From Cellvibrio sp. (GTDB lineage: Bacteria; Pseudomonadota; Gammaproteobacteria; Pseudomonadales; Cellvibrionaceae): a stretch of 64,000 nt of DNA. The notes beneath the pieces were generated by a model. The model was given only the letters and a program-made list of their open reading frames with translations, did not search any database and was not told where the DNA came from. Location of the stretch: positions 264,675 through 328,674 of the forward strand of contig JBJEWS010000010.1 in assembly GCA_051885175.1 (NCBI GenBank). Direction: 5' to 3'. A program made the translations under genes and the position numbers. How positions within the stretch are numbered: position 1 is the stretch's first letter; each line of letters begins with the position of its first letter. Of the stretch, positions 52,137 to 62,234 are shown piece after piece.

Positions 52137-52667
52137 TTATTTCGGCGAGCTCTTAAGTTGTTCTAGCACTTTAAAAGGGTTTTGGGTTTCTTTAACCTCA
52201 ACTGGCTTGCCACTTGAAAATAAGTTGCGATCAACGCATAACTCATCGTGGTAGGCCACTATAGGTAGACTTAGCAGCACTTCCTCTTCGATCATCTCGT
52301 AAAAGTCCGCTGCACCTTCGCCAACAATCCAAGGATCAAGATACGCTGGCAATGACTTTGCCGCCTCTTCATCCCATACGATCGCAAGCGATATATTACT
52401 TTCTACATCTTGATAGACAGGCTCTAAACATCGTTGACATTTAAGAGCTAGCTTACCAATAGCGCTACCAGTGACGGCGCGCTTACCCTCTTCATTAATC
52501 GCAAATTGAAGTTTAACGGCAATCTCGCCATCGGCCACTTCAAGTGCTTCCACTAGCCGCGGTAAATCACTGACAGCAACGAAACCCTCTAAGCTGACGC
52601 CCTGCTGAGCGAATTTTCGAGGATCTCCGTGACGCGGAAACTGTTTTTGAGATAGGGTCGTTAACAT
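52137..52667 (-). CDS. yceD: YceD/DUF177 protein
   Basis: CQRCL, EEEVLLSLP and NPFKVL motifs; upstream of rpmF. Confidence 0.93.
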   Translation of the reverse strand: MLTTLSQKQFPRHGDPRKFAQQGVSLEGFVAVSDLPRLVEALEVADGEIAVKLQFAINEEGKRAVTGSAIGKLALKCQRCLEPVYQDVESNISLAIVWDEEAAKSLPAYLDPWIVGEGAADFYEMIEEEVLLSLPIVAYHDELCVDRNLFSSGKPVEVKETQNPFKVLEQLKSSPK

Positions 52668-52790
52668 AAGCGCGCCATGATAGGGATATGGTCAGTTCCT
52701 GTCAAAGAAAAACTCGCATTTTCTCTTGGTTTTCCTAACAAATTCGTCAGAATAGCCTTGAAATCATTTTAAATACCATACGAGAGAAGA

Positions 52791-53402
52791 ATGCCCCTAC
52801 CCATTTTGCTCGGCTCAAGCTCAGTTTACCGAAAAAGCCTCCTAGAAAAGTTACAGCTTCCTTTTATATGCGCATCGCCCAATATAGACGAATCACCACT
52901 TCCGAACGAAACCGGCGACCAACTTGCCTTGCGCTTAGCAGTAGCAAAAGCAGCCGCACTTTCCACCGTTTTTAATTCCCACCTAATAATCGGCTCAGAC
53001 CAGGTTTGCACCTGTAATGGCAAAATCTACGGAAAACCTTTAACGACAGAAAAAGCAAAATCCCAACTAAGAGATTTTTCAGGGCGCAAAGTCACGTTTT
53101 ACACGAGCATTTGCCTTATGAATTCTCTTACCGGGAGCATTCAAAAAGACTGTGATAGCTATAGCATTCAATTTCGGAAGCTTAGCGATGAAGATATTGC
53201 TCAGTACATCTCAATCGAGCAGTCACTTGACTGTGCCGGCAGTATCAAATCAGAAGGGCTTGGCATTACCTTGATTGAGCGATTTGAGGGGCAAGACCCC
53301 AACACATTAATTGGACTCCCCCTCATTAAGTTAATCACCATGCTTAAACGCGAAGGTTATAACCCCTTAGCTCCACGCCATTCAAGCAACTGCGGGAAAT
53401 GA
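52791..53402 (+). CDS. yceF: Maf-family nucleotide pyrophosphatase, YceF type
   Basis: LGSSSVYR, GSDQV and GSIKSEG motifs; divergent from yceD. Confidence 0.9.
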   Translation: MPLPILLGSSSVYRKSLLEKLQLPFICASPNIDESPLPNETGDQLALRLAVAKAAALSTVFNSHLIIGSDQVCTCNGKIYGKPLTTEKAKSQLRDFSGRKVTFYTSICLMNSLTGSIQKDCDSYSIQFRKLSDEDIAQYISIEQSLDCAGSIKSEGLGITLIERFEGQDPNTLIGLPLIKLITMLKREGYNPLAPRHSSNCGK

Positions 53403-54007
53403 TCCATACAAAGTTCGGGGTCATATTTTTTTAATCGATCGATATGATGCGCCCCGTAGCTGACGGCGATTCTTGGCATTTCAATCGCTTTTGCCATACC
53501 CATATCAAATTCGGTATCACCCAGCATGACAGCCTCCGTAGATCTACGCCCAAAATGTTTAAGCAGCTCATTTAGCATCAGCGGATTAGGTTTAGAGGCG
53601 GTCTCATCCGCACAGCGACTAGCATCGAAATAATCGACCATATCCATCATTTGCAGCATACGAGATAGACCCTTGCGCGCCTTACCCGTCGCAACAGCCA
53701 GATGATGCCCCTGTTCTTTAAGCGCATCCAAAGTTTCTTTAACACCTGGGAACAGCACCGCAGGCACAGCCTGGTCAAGATCAATGAAATGCTGAGCATA
53801 GGTTTGTCGCAATAATTCCAACCCCGAATCGTCAGCATCCGGATATAAAGTCCTTAAAGCTTCAGGCAACCCCAAACCGATAATTTCATGGATTTCATGA
53901 TCTTCAAGCACTTTCCAGCCAATCGCTTTGGCTGCCGATTGCATTGAACGGGTAATAGTCATGGTGGAATTACACAGAGTGCCATCCCAATCAAATATAA
54001 AAAGCAC
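53357..54007 (-). CDS. HAD-superfamily hydrolase
   Basis: FDWDGTL, ATGK, SKPNP and GDTEFD motifs. Confidence 0.9.
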   Translation of the reverse strand: MLFIFDWDGTLCNSTMTITRSMQSAAKAIGWKVLEDHEIHEIIGLGLPEALRTLYPDADDSGLELLRQTYAQHFIDLDQAVPAVLFPGVKETLDALKEQGHHLAVATGKARKGLSRMLQMMDMVDYFDASRCADETASKPNPLMLNELLKHFGRRSTEAVMLGDTEFDMGMAKAIEMPRIAVSYGAHHIDRLKKYDPELCMDHFPQLLEWRGAKGL

Positions 54008-54015
54008 AAATACCT

Positions 54016-55011
54016 CTACAATTTTTTATTTAATGGCGCCAGCTTTGAAAGGGGTGCCGCCAAATCCTCTGGCAATGGCGCGTTGACCCAAGTTAATTCT
54101 GTAGTGTTAGGCAAGTTAAAGCCCAATGCAGCGGCATGGAGAAACAGTCGCTTAACCCCGAGCTGCCGGTAATACGCATTCACTTCATCGCTTCCATATT
54201 TTTCGTCACCAATTAAGCTATGTCCCGCATATTGCGAATGCACACGAATTTGATGCGTACGCCCAGTGATCGGCCTTGCCTCAATGAGAGTCGCACCGTC
54301 AAAGAGTTGCAAAATTTTGTAACGTGTAAGACTTGGCTTACCATCCGGATGAACCTTTACGATGCGCTCCTCATTACCCACCTCAAGCCGCAAAAGAGGA
54401 GCCTCAACCTTATCACACCGCTTAGACCAAGCTCCGCTCACCAAAGCATGATAGATTTTGACCACATCGCCGGTGGATTTGTCTCGCAATGCTGCCTGAA
54501 GATGGCGAAGATAACTTCTCTTTTTAGCAACCATAATGCAGCCCGAGGTATCCCTATCCAATCGATGCACCAGCTCAAGATAGCGGGCATCCGGACGCAT
54601 TTGGCGCAAAGTCTCGATTAATCCAAGCGATACTCCACTTCCACCATGAACGGCAAGCCCAGCCGGCTTATTGATAACCAGCATTCCTTCATTTTCAAAT
54701 AGTATCGAGCGATTAAGCAGCGCCATCATTTGGTGACTTGCCTTGGCCTCAACCTGACTGTCACCTTGCGCCACCCTAACCGGTGGAACACGCACAACAT
54801 CACCCAGCTGAAGCTTATAATCCGGCTTCGTCCTTCCTTTATTTACCCGAACCTCTCCCTTACGAATCAGGTTATAAATACGAGATTTCGGAACTCCCTT
54901 GAGCTGAACCATTAAAAAGTTATCAAGCCGCTGAGCAACCAACTCTTCATCAATAGTGAGCATTCTTACGGAGGGATAACCTTGCGCCTGAGGAAGTGTA
55001 GAAACCGCCAT
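54016..55011 (-). CDS. rluC: 23S rRNA pseudouridine synthase C
   Basis: S4 domain (QRLDNFL), HRLDRDTSG and GRTHQIR; divergent from rne. Confidence 0.95.
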   Translation of the reverse strand: MAVSTLPQAQGYPSVRMLTIDEELVAQRLDNFLMVQLKGVPKSRIYNLIRKGEVRVNKGRTKPDYKLQLGDVVRVPPVRVAQGDSQVEAKASHQMMALLNRSILFENEGMLVINKPAGLAVHGGSGVSLGLIETLRQMRPDARYLELVHRLDRDTSGCIMVAKKRSYLRHLQAALRDKSTGDVVKIYHALVSGAWSKRCDKVEAPLLRLEVGNEERIVKVHPDGKPSLTRYKILQLFDGATLIEARPITGRTHQIRVHSQYAGHSLIGDEKYGSDEVNAYYRQLGVKRLFLHAAALGFNLPNTTELTWVNAPLPEDLAAPLSKLAPLNKKL

Positions 55012-55112
55012 CTAATCTCTCGAATCAAACTTAAACAATGTCGACATCATAAGGCACAACACGCCGATTTCACACCCAAGGCACACTCCCCCACCAAAAA
55101 TCAGACTATTCA

Positions 55113-55141
55113 TTGCTGCACCTAAACTTTGCTGCTATAGT
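55113..55141 (+). promoter_or_regulatory. Candidate sigma70 promoter of rne
   Basis: TTGCTG-N17-TATAGT. Confidence 0.55.
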
Positions 55142-55885
55142 CTGAGCGCTGTTTCAGGCTGGTTTCCGCATTACGCATAGATAAATCGAGGCGAATCGCA
55201 AGGAAATACCGCTGCCAGCGGAGCACTGTATTGAAGACACTTAACACGCTCCTTTTAAAAACTTGATAGCAGTAAATGCAATAGGCATTTACTTTTAACG
55301 TACCCACACCGATTTAAGATGATTTGTGGCCTACGTTTTGTAGAACTCTGAACTATTTGTAATAAATATTTTATTGGTTTTGTGCGAACACATCGCGCGA
55401 TTTACAACAAGGTTCCAGCTTCGCCCTTCGCGACCTTACCGCTGGAGTAAAACCTTCAAGTTGTACTCAAACTGTTTCGACTCGATTATGTTGATTTACA
55501 CAAAGATCACGTGCAATCAACGCAAGGAGCACCCGTTTACCGAGGCCTATATCCCGCGTAAAGGCTTTGCACCTAAATCTTGTCTAGCAGGCTTGTAATC
55601 GCCCTAAACACTTATCTCGCAAAACCCGTGAAAGCTTTCGTCACACTTGAGGTCGAACGCACACAAATAGCGCCATAAACATGGCAGTCCATTAAGAGAA
55701 AATGGGACGAAGATGTCTAATCGTCATTGCGCCACGGGCCGATAGAACGGATATGACCCTCCCAACAACCCCCTTCTCAGGAGCTTAGAGCCTCTTGAGT
55801 CTTGCGCGGTTGCACAAAACGAGCTGCGATAGTTTTGATCAGGTGCCGGTATCTACCATCAACTTGGTATAGATTTAGGTAACCC

Positions 55886-58750
55886 ATGAAAAGAATGCTC
55901 ATTAACGCCACTCAACCTGAAGAGTTGCGTGTAGCACTGGTCGACGGCCAATGGCTGTATGATCTCGACATCGAAAATCGCGCCCGCGAACAAAAAAAAT
56001 CCAACATTTACAAAGGTAAAATTACCCGCGTAGAACCCAGCCTCGAAGCTGCATTTGTCGATTACGGCGCCGAACGCCACGGCTTCCTCCCCCTTAAAGA
56101 AATTTCACGCGAATATTTCAGTCGCAACCCAAATGAGGTTGAAGGCCGCGTACGCATTAAAGATGTCGTTAAAGAAGGCACTGAAGTTATCGTTCAGATT
56201 GATAAAGAGGAACGCGGTAATAAAGGCGCCGCGCTTACGACTTTTATCAGTCTCGCTGGACGCTACTTGGTTCTTATGCCGAACAACCCACGCGCCGGCG
56301 GTATTTCTCGCCGCATCGAAGGAGAAGAACGAGCTGATCTAAAGGACGCCCTTAGCTCAATCGAAGTCCCTCAAGGCATGGGCGTAATTATTCGTACTGC
56401 TGGCGTCGGCCGCAGTGCAGAAGAACTGCAATGGGATCTCAACTACCTTCAGCAGCTGTGGCAATCGATTGAGTCAGCAGCAAAATCGGCTCCCGCTCCC
56501 GCCTTTCTATTGCAAGAAAGCAACGTTATTATCCGCGCAATTCGCGACTATCTTCGCCAAGATATCGGAGAAGTTATCGTCGATAGCAAAGATGCTTACG
56601 CTACCGCTTGCGATTTCGTTGAGCGCGTTATGCCCAACTATCGCAATAAGGTAAAACTCTACCAAGACGATATTCCACTGTTTAACCGCTATCAAATCGA
56701 ATCTCAAATCGAAACCGCGTTCCAACGCGAGGTCAAACTCCCATCGGGCGGATCGATTGTTATTGACGTCACAGAAGCCTTAGTTGCTATCGACATCAAC
56801 TCTTCTCGTGCAACGAAAGGTGGCGACATCGAAGAAACTGCTCTTCAAACGAACCTTGAAGCAGCCGATGAAATTGCTCGTCAATTACGCCTACGTGATA
56901 TGGGCGGCCTTGTCGTCATCGACTTTATCGATATGCAAGCCCAGCGCAATCAACGAGAAGTTGAAAACCGCATGCACGACGCGCTAACCGTCGATCGTGC
57001 ACGAGTTCAAATCGGACGCATCTCCCCCTTCGGTCTATTGGAGATGTCGCGTCAACGCCTTCGTCCGTCACTGGGTGAAACCCACTCAAAAATGTGCCCT
57101 CGCTGTTCGGGCGTTGGGACCATCCGCTCTACTCGCTCGCTCGCTCTATCGATTTTGCGATTGGTGGAAGACGAAGCTCAGAAAGACCGCAGCGCAGAAA
57201 TTCGCGCAATCTGTCCTGTATCTGTAGCCACTTACCTACTCAATGAGAAGCGCCAAACAATTTCCAGTATCGAGACACGTAACCGCACTCGCGTCGTTAT
57301 TGTGCCGAGCCCAGATTTAATGACACCGCATTTCGAGGTTCAACGCCTACGCGATGACGACGAAGGCACCCTCGAAACGAGCTATAAGATTCAACCTCAC
57401 GTTGAAGAGCAAAAAGATGACGATGAAGATGTGGCGAGCAAAATTGCTGCCATGCCGAAACCCATCGTTCAACTCAACTCACCTCAACAGCAAGCACCAG
57501 CACCTGCTGTTAAAAAACAGAGCTTATTGAGCCGCCTTGTCAATGCCATCGGCAGCCTCTTCGGCAAAGAAGACAAGCCAAAGAAACACAAGCGTGACGG
57601 CAAGCGAGACAATCGTCGCCCACAATCCCGCAACCGCCGCGATGGTAGTCGCGATAATCGTCGTCGCGACAAAAACAAAGATAGCCGCGAGCTTCGCGAC
57701 AACTTGGATGGCCGCACTCAAGAAAAACCAACCAAGGAACAAGAAAAAGAAGTTCGCAGTCACAATGAAGAACGACCATCTCGCCGTCAGAAGAACAATG
57801 ACAAGCCTGAGCGCAACCAGCGCCAAGGTCGTGATGATCGCCCTGCACGAGCGCCACGCGAAGAGAGAGAGCCAACTGCATCTCAGGTCGCCGCACTGGA
57901 CGTAGAAATCGAAGAAACCAATTTCGAGATCGGTGAAGATGGTGAGCAGCGCCCTTCACGTCGCCCTAATGGTCGCCGTAGCCGCAGTCAAAATCGTCGC
58001 CGCAATCGTAGAGATGTTCACGACAGTGAAGACTCTATCGACACATCTCTTACTCAAACGGCCGTTACCGATAACACACCCGAAAAGCCATTGAGTGAGG
58101 CCGCCGAACTTGCACGTCAAATTTCTGCTGCCATTGCAGAACACGAAAAGCAAACCTCGGCAAGTCAGTCTGAACGTGCCGCGCTTTATTCAGCTAACAC
58201 TGAACAGCCAGTGACTGAGGAAACACCACGTGATAGCGCACCTCAACCAATGAAAGCCGAAAGTGCGCCAGCTGCGAGCGAGCTTCCGGCCGAGACAACT
58301 GAACTGAACACCGATAAAGCGGAAGCAACAACTCCAATTATCGAGATTCATTCTAAGTCAAAGTCTGAGGCCGAGAATTCACCAGCGCCAGAAGCGCCTA
58401 GTGTCAGTACGAATCATGAAGAGGCTCATTCATTCGAATCAACTCTTCACGAGGAAACCTCTTTAGCTCCTTCTCAAAATGCAGCCGAAGAAGTCGCAGG
58501 CGATGCTATTGATGAGAAACAAAAGGTAAATGCTGTAATTTCTCAAACCGAAAGCGTAACTGTTCCCTCTCGAGCAGCGAACGACCCACGCTTGGCGCCG
58601 AAGCCTGTAGAGCAAATCGCAATCGAGACTGAAGAACCAATAGCGAAATCGCAAGAAATGCTCGACACCAGTCTACCGCCTGCTGTGGAGCACAACCCTC
58701 GCCAACTGTCACGCCCAGCTAACGACCCAAGACTGAAGCGCGACAACTAA
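55886..58750 (+). CDS. rne: Ribonuclease E
   Basis: [21 protein letters not shown] and CPRC motifs; amphipathic membrane anchor; disordered CTD. Confidence 0.97.
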   Translation: MKRMLINATQPEELRVALVDGQWLYDLDIENRAREQKKSNIYKGKITRVEPSLEAAFVDYGAERHGFLPLKEISREYFSRNPNEVEGRVRIKDVVKEGTEVIVQIDKEERGNKGAALTTFISLAGRYLVLMPNNPRAGGISRRIEGEERADLKDALSSIEVPQGMGVIIRTAGVGRSAEELQWDLNYLQQLWQSIESAAKSAPAPAFLLQESNVIIRAIRDYLRQDIGEVIVDSKDAYATACDFVERVMPNYRNKVKLYQDDIPLFNRYQIESQIETAFQREVKLPSGGSIVIDVTEALVAIDINSSRATKGGDIEETALQTNLEAADEIARQLRLRDMGGLVVIDFIDMQAQRNQREVENRMHDALTVDRARVQIGRISPFGLLEMSRQRLRPSLGETHSKMCPRCSGVGTIRSTRSLALSILRLVEDEAQKDRSAEIRAICPVSVATYLLNEKRQTISSIETRNRTRVVIVPSPDLMTPHFEVQRLRDDDEGTLETSYKIQPHVEEQKDDDEDVASKIAAMPKPIVQLNSPQQQAPAPAVKKQSLLSRLVNAIGSLFGKEDKPKKHKRDGKRDNRRPQSRNRRDGSRDNRRRDKNKDSRELRDNLDGRTQEKPTKEQEKEVRSHNEERPSRRQKNNDKPERNQRQGRDDRPARAPREEREPTASQVAALDVEIEETNFEIGEDGEQRPSRRPNGRRSRSQNRRRNRRDVHDSEDSIDTSLTQTAVTDNTPEKPLSEAAELARQISAAIAEHEKQTSASQSERAALYSANTEQPVTEETPRDSAPQPMKAESAPAASELPAETTELNTDKAEATTPIIEIHSKSKSEAENSPAPEAPSVSTNHEEAHSFESTLHEETSLAPSQNAAEEVAGDAIDEKQKVNAVISQTESVTVPSRAANDPRLAPKPVEQIAIETEEPIAKSQEMLDTSLPPAVEHNPRQLSRPANDPRLKRDN

Positions 58751-58764
58751 TGTGAATTTTTCAC

Positions 58765-58800
58765 CAAAAAAACCGAGTTTTAATCAACTCGGTTTTTTTG
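58765..58800 (+). terminator. Terminator after rne
   Basis: CAAAAAAACCGAGTT-N6-AACTCGGTTTTTTTG. Confidence 0.85.
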
Positions 58801-58864
58801 TGTTCGATTTTTTTTAGGACGCCCAAAATTCTTTTAATTATTTGAAAAAACAGTAAAAAATTTC

Positions 58865-58892
58865 TTGCTGAGACAAAAAAAGTCTGTATAAT
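58865..58892 (+). promoter_or_regulatory. Sigma70 promoter of tRNA-Ser
   Basis: TTGCTG-N16-TATAAT followed by a GC-rich discriminator. Confidence 0.75.
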
Positions 58893-58903
58893 TTGCGGCA
58901 TCC

Positions 58904-58993
58904 GGAAGGGTGGCAGAGTGGTTTAATGCACCGGTCTTGAAAACCGGCGTAGGTGAAAGCCTACCCAGGGTTCAAATCCCTGCCCTTCCGCCA
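58904..58993 (+). tRNA. serT: tRNA-Ser(UGA)
   Basis: Acceptor GGAAGGG/CCCTTCC, anticodon arm CCGGT-CTTGAAA-ACCGG, long variable arm, T arm CAGGG-TTCAAAT-CCCTG, encoded CCA. Confidence 0.97.
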
Positions 58994-58997
58994 TATT

Positions 58998-59030
58998 AAA
59001 GGCCCAGTAGAAATACTGGGCCTTTTCTTT
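58998..59030 (+). terminator. Terminator after tRNA-Ser
   Basis: AAAGGCCCAGTA-gaaa-TACTGGGCCTTT followed by TCTTT. Confidence 0.85.
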
Positions 59031-59131
59031 TTCTACTCAAAAATTCCCACTTTCACTTTTCTTAAAACACACGTAAACAATTTACTGATAGTATTAAAAC
59101 ATCTCTCACTGACTACTTAGGGATTTCTGTC

Positions 59132-59812
59132 ATGTACGAACAATCAAATATTTCTCACGCTTCTTCTCGTGGTATCGAGATTAATAGCGTTTTAAAAAAC
59201 ACCTATTTACTTCTTGGTTTGACTCTGGCTTTTAGTACCCTTACTGCCGCATTGGCAATGGCCATTGGCATTGGCCGCGGAACTGGACTCATTATGAGCT
59301 TGGCCGCCTTAGCATTGATCTGGTTCGTACTACCGCGCACAGCCAATTCCGCAAGCGGACTAGTTGTTGTATTTGCTTTTACCGGATTGATAGGTGCAAG
59401 TATTGGCCCTCTTCTTAACCACTATTTATCTTTGGCAAATGGTTCAACCATAGTATTGCAGGCTCTGGCGGGCACCGCTTTTGTTTTCTTCGGCCTTTCT
59501 GCCTACACATTGATAAGCCGAAAAAACTTTAGCTTCATGGGCGGATTCATTGCGATTGGTATGATGGTGATGATCGTAGGAATGCTTTTTCTTATAGGTG
59601 CAAGCTTGTTTGGCTATCAATTTCAAGGCCTCAGCTTGGCATTTTCGGCAGGCGTGGTGATTCTCATGTCTGCGCTAATTCTTTACCAAACCAGTGAAAT
59701 TATTCATGGTGGAGAAACAAATTATATTTTAGCGACCACTCAGCTCTTCTTGTCGATCGTCAACTTATTTACTTCTTTACTCCACCTTCTTGGGATCGGT
59801 AGCGACGATTAA
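59132..59812 (+). CDS. yccA: Bax inhibitor-1/YccA family protein
   Basis: 7 TMs; VLKNTYLLL and GGETNYILAT; follows serT. Confidence 0.92.
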   Translation: MYEQSNISHASSRGIEINSVLKNTYLLLGLTLAFSTLTAALAMAIGIGRGTGLIMSLAALALIWFVLPRTANSASGLVVVFAFTGLIGASIGPLLNHYLSLANGSTIVLQALAGTAFVFFGLSAYTLISRKNFSFMGGFIAIGMMVMIVGMLFLIGASLFGYQFQGLSLAFSAGVVILMSALILYQTSEIIHGGETNYILATTQLFLSIVNLFTSLLHLLGIGSDD

Positions 59813-59840
59813 CGTCAAATCTCGCTCGATATCACACTAT

Positions 59841-59870
59841 AATAGGGCTCATTTGTAGCCCTATTTTTTT
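59841..59870 (+). terminator. Terminator-like hairpin between yccA and tusD
   Basis: AATAGGGCT-N7-AGCCCTATT-TTTTT. Confidence 0.7.
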
Positions 59871-59878
59871 GGAACTCT

Positions 59879-60274
59879 ATGGCCAGTTTTGCTATTGCCG
59901 TATACGGCTCCCCCTACAGCTCCGAATCTAGCTATCACGCTCTGAAATTTTGCCAAAGTGCGCTCGCGAAAAGCCATAGCATTGTGCGAGTGTTCTTTTA
60001 TCATGAAGGTATTTATTCAGCGTCCATTCTTAATACCCCTCCTCAAGACGAGATAGACCTAACTTTGCAATGGCAAAACCTAGCTAGAGACAACAATCTT
60101 GATTTAGTGGTATGCATAGCCTCTGCACTTAAGCGTGGCGTATTAAATCAAGAAGAAGCTCGTCGATACAAAAAAGACATCGGAAACATGGCTCCGGAAT
60201 TTACCATTAGTGGATTGGGTCAGCTATTAGACGCCACTGTCAACGCTGATCGCCTTATTACATTCGGAGGTTAG
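59879..60274 (+). CDS. tusD: Sulfurtransferase TusD (DsrE)
   Basis: VFFYHEG and VCIASALKRG (active Cys). Confidence 0.92.
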   Translation: MASFAIAVYGSPYSSESSYHALKFCQSALAKSHSIVRVFFYHEGIYSASILNTPPQDEIDLTLQWQNLARDNNLDLVVCIASALKRGVLNQEEARRYKKDIGNMAPEFTISGLGQLLDATVNADRLITFGG

Positions 60275-60275
60275 C

Positions 60276-60635
60276 GTGAAAAATTTATTGGCGATTTGCT
60301 CTCACGCGCCCTACGGCAGTAACCTTGCAAAAGAAGGACTCGATGCTATTTTGGCGGCGGGAGTTTTCGAACAGAATCTCGCCGTATTATTTGTCGATGA
60401 CGGAGTATTTCAATTACTCAGCGATCAAGACCCAGCTAATTTAGGGCAAAAAAATCTCGCGCAAGCTCTTACTGCCCTCCCCTTGTTTGGCATTGAGCTA
60501 ATTTACGTTGAAAAAGAATCTTTAGCAGAACGCGGCCTCAGTAGCGAGAATTTAGTTTTAGATGATATTTGCGTGATCAATCGTCACGACGTTTCTCAGC
60601 TTATTGACCAACAGCACCAGGTATTTACCTTCTAA
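60276..60635 (+). CDS. tusC: TusC (DsrF)
   Basis: APYGS...EGLDA and LFVDDGVFQL motifs. Confidence 0.9.
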   Translation: MKNLLAICSHAPYGSNLAKEGLDAILAAGVFEQNLAVLFVDDGVFQLLSDQDPANLGQKNLAQALTALPLFGIELIYVEKESLAERGLSSENLVLDDICVINRHDVSQLIDQQHQVFTF

Positions 60636-60925
60636 TGGCTAACTTATATTTGATCAGTCGCTCGTGCTTCCAAAGTAAAATCCCCGAGACGGCTATATCT
60701 AGGGCAGGCCCCAACGACGCATTTATGTTTATTGGTGACGGCGTTTACAGCGTATTACCGTCCTCCTCAATATTTTCGTCAATTAAAGCAAGAGAAACAT
60801 TCGCTTTAATGGACGACGCTGCAGCGAGAGGGTTAATCCAAAAAATTCCACAAAGTCATTTAATCGACTTTGAACAGTTTGTAGATTTAACTCTGAGATA
60901 TGATCGAGTAATTAGCTGGTATTAA
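60635..60925 (+). CDS. tusB: TusB (DsrH)
   Basis: FIGDGVY, DAAARG and FVDLT...ISW motifs. Confidence 0.88.
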   Translation: MANLYLISRSCFQSKIPETAISRAGPNDAFMFIGDGVYSVLPSSSIFSSIKARETFALMDDAAARGLIQKIPQSHLIDFEQFVDLTLRYDRVISWY

Positions 60926-60926
60926 T

Positions 60927-61244
60927 ATGCGAGAACTGCCAGAAACTGATAACGATGGCTTCCTTGTCAACCTGTCTGATTGGAGCCTAGAAGTTGCCGA
61001 AGAATTAGCGAGGCGGGAAGGCATAACCCTCACAGAGAATCACCGCGAGATGATTGAAGTTTTTCGAGAGTTTTATGAGGAATTCGGCCTCTCACCTGCG
61101 ATGCGACCTTTAGTAAAGTACGTGAGTGCAAAACTCGGCACTGAGAAAGGTAACAGTATTTATTTACTGTCCTTATTTCCACCAAGTGCCGCAAAAATTG
61201 GAAGCAAGATTGCAGGGCTACCGAGACCGACTAATTGTCTCTAA
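60927..61244 (+). CDS. tusE: Sulfur carrier TusE (DsrC family)
   Basis: DGFLVNLSDW and the C-terminal AGLPRPTNCL. Confidence 0.95.
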   Translation: MRELPETDNDGFLVNLSDWSLEVAEELARREGITLTENHREMIEVFREFYEEFGLSPAMRPLVKYVSAKLGTEKGNSIYLLSLFPPSAAKIGSKIAGLPRPTNCL

Positions 61245-61289
61245 AAAAAGACTGCAACCCTGTTAGTTACCAGCAATAGCCAGCGCAAT

Positions 61290-61339
61290 AAACCAGCAAT
61301 AAAAAAGGAGGCAAAAGCCTCCTTTTTTATTGCTGGTTT
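61290..61339. terminator. Bidirectional terminator with a 23-bp perfect stem
   Basis: AAACCAGCAATAAAAAAGGAGGC-aaaa-GCCTCCTTTTTTATTGCTGGTTT. Confidence 0.88.
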
Positions 61340-61352
61340 CTATTACTTTGTC

Positions 61353-61697
61353 TTACGCACCATCGATAGATTTGATGGTTCCTTTCGGAAGGACAGCGTG
61401 AACAGCAACCTTTTGGAAGCGCAACTCAATATTATTGCCAACGTCCAATACTGCATAATTTTCGTCGACCTTGACTACCTTACCTAGCATACCGCTAGTG
61501 GTAATCACCTCGTCACCTTTCGCCAATGCAGCGATTAAGGCCTGATGTTCTTTCTGACGTTTGCGCTGTGGACGAATAAGAATCAAATACATAAATAAGA
61601 ACATGCCGCCAAACATGATCAAACTTACCATTGGGCTACCTTGTGTTGCGGCGCCCGCTTCTTGTGCCATGGCAGACGAAATTAACAAGCTCATCAA
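61353..61697 (-). CDS. yajC: Preprotein translocase subunit YajC
   Basis: IRPQRKRQKEH, KGDEVITTSG and LPKGTIK motifs. Confidence 0.95.
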   Translation of the reverse strand: MMSLLISSAMAQEAGAATQGSPMVSLIMFGGMFLFMYLILIRPQRKRQKEHQALIAALAKGDEVITTSGMLGKVVKVDENYAVLDVGNNIELRFQKVAVHAVLPKGTIKSIDGA

Positions 61698-61790
61698 ATA
61701 AACCTCAAATAAAAAAGAGCGCTAACTCTACCGAATTTAGGCTCGGCAAGCAATTAGCGCTCTTTAAAGAAAGGTTGTTAACGTTTGTTG

Positions 61791-62234
61791 TTACGCGTAA
61801 TCACGGAAAAGTTTACGGAAAACACTGGGCGATAGACCAGTCCAGCGTTTAAACGCGTTAGTGAAACTCGTGCGATCCGAGAAATCCAATGCTTTAGATA
61901 CATTATCAACACTCATGTGATCGTCGATAAGGTATTTAATTGCGTAATGGAAACGTAGCACATCGCGAATCTGAGCGAAATTAGCCTGTTGCTGTTGTAG
62001 GCGGCGCTGTAGAGTACGCTTAGATAGCTTTACATCTTCGGCAATGCGATCAATTGAGAGATCATCATGCCCAATCCGCTGCTTAATTGCTTCCGCCACA
62101 CGGTTGGAGACGCCTTCGAATTTGGGAATCTCGGCCATTGCCAAGTATTCCTCATAAGATCTTACCTCTGATCCATCAAAAGCATTATCTGAGCCATCTA
62201 AACCTTGACGATAAATACGTTGTAACTGAATCAC
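61791..62234 (-). CDS. Short AraC-family HTH protein (DNA-binding domain with about 40-aa N-terminus)
   Basis: IAEDVKLSKRTLQRRL and LDFSDRTSFTNAFKRWTGLSP. Confidence 0.88.
   Translation of the reverse strand: MIQLQRIYRQGLDGSDNAFDGSEVRSYEEYLAMAEIPKFEGVSNRVAEAIKQRIGHDDLSIDRIAEDVKLSKRTLQRRLQQQQANFAQIRDVLRFHYAIKYLIDDHMSVDNVSKALDFSDRTSFTNAFKRWTGLSPSVFRKLFRDYA

Noticed and set aside
55150-55880. GGA motifs in the rne leader as a CsrB/Rsm-type sRNA
   Set aside because: About 7 GGA in about 740 nt is not above chance, and they are not regularly spaced in loops
58904-59130. tRNA-Ser as an integration site for a mobile element
   Set aside because: No integrase or duplicated tRNA 3' end is visible; the serT-yccA-tus order is the native one
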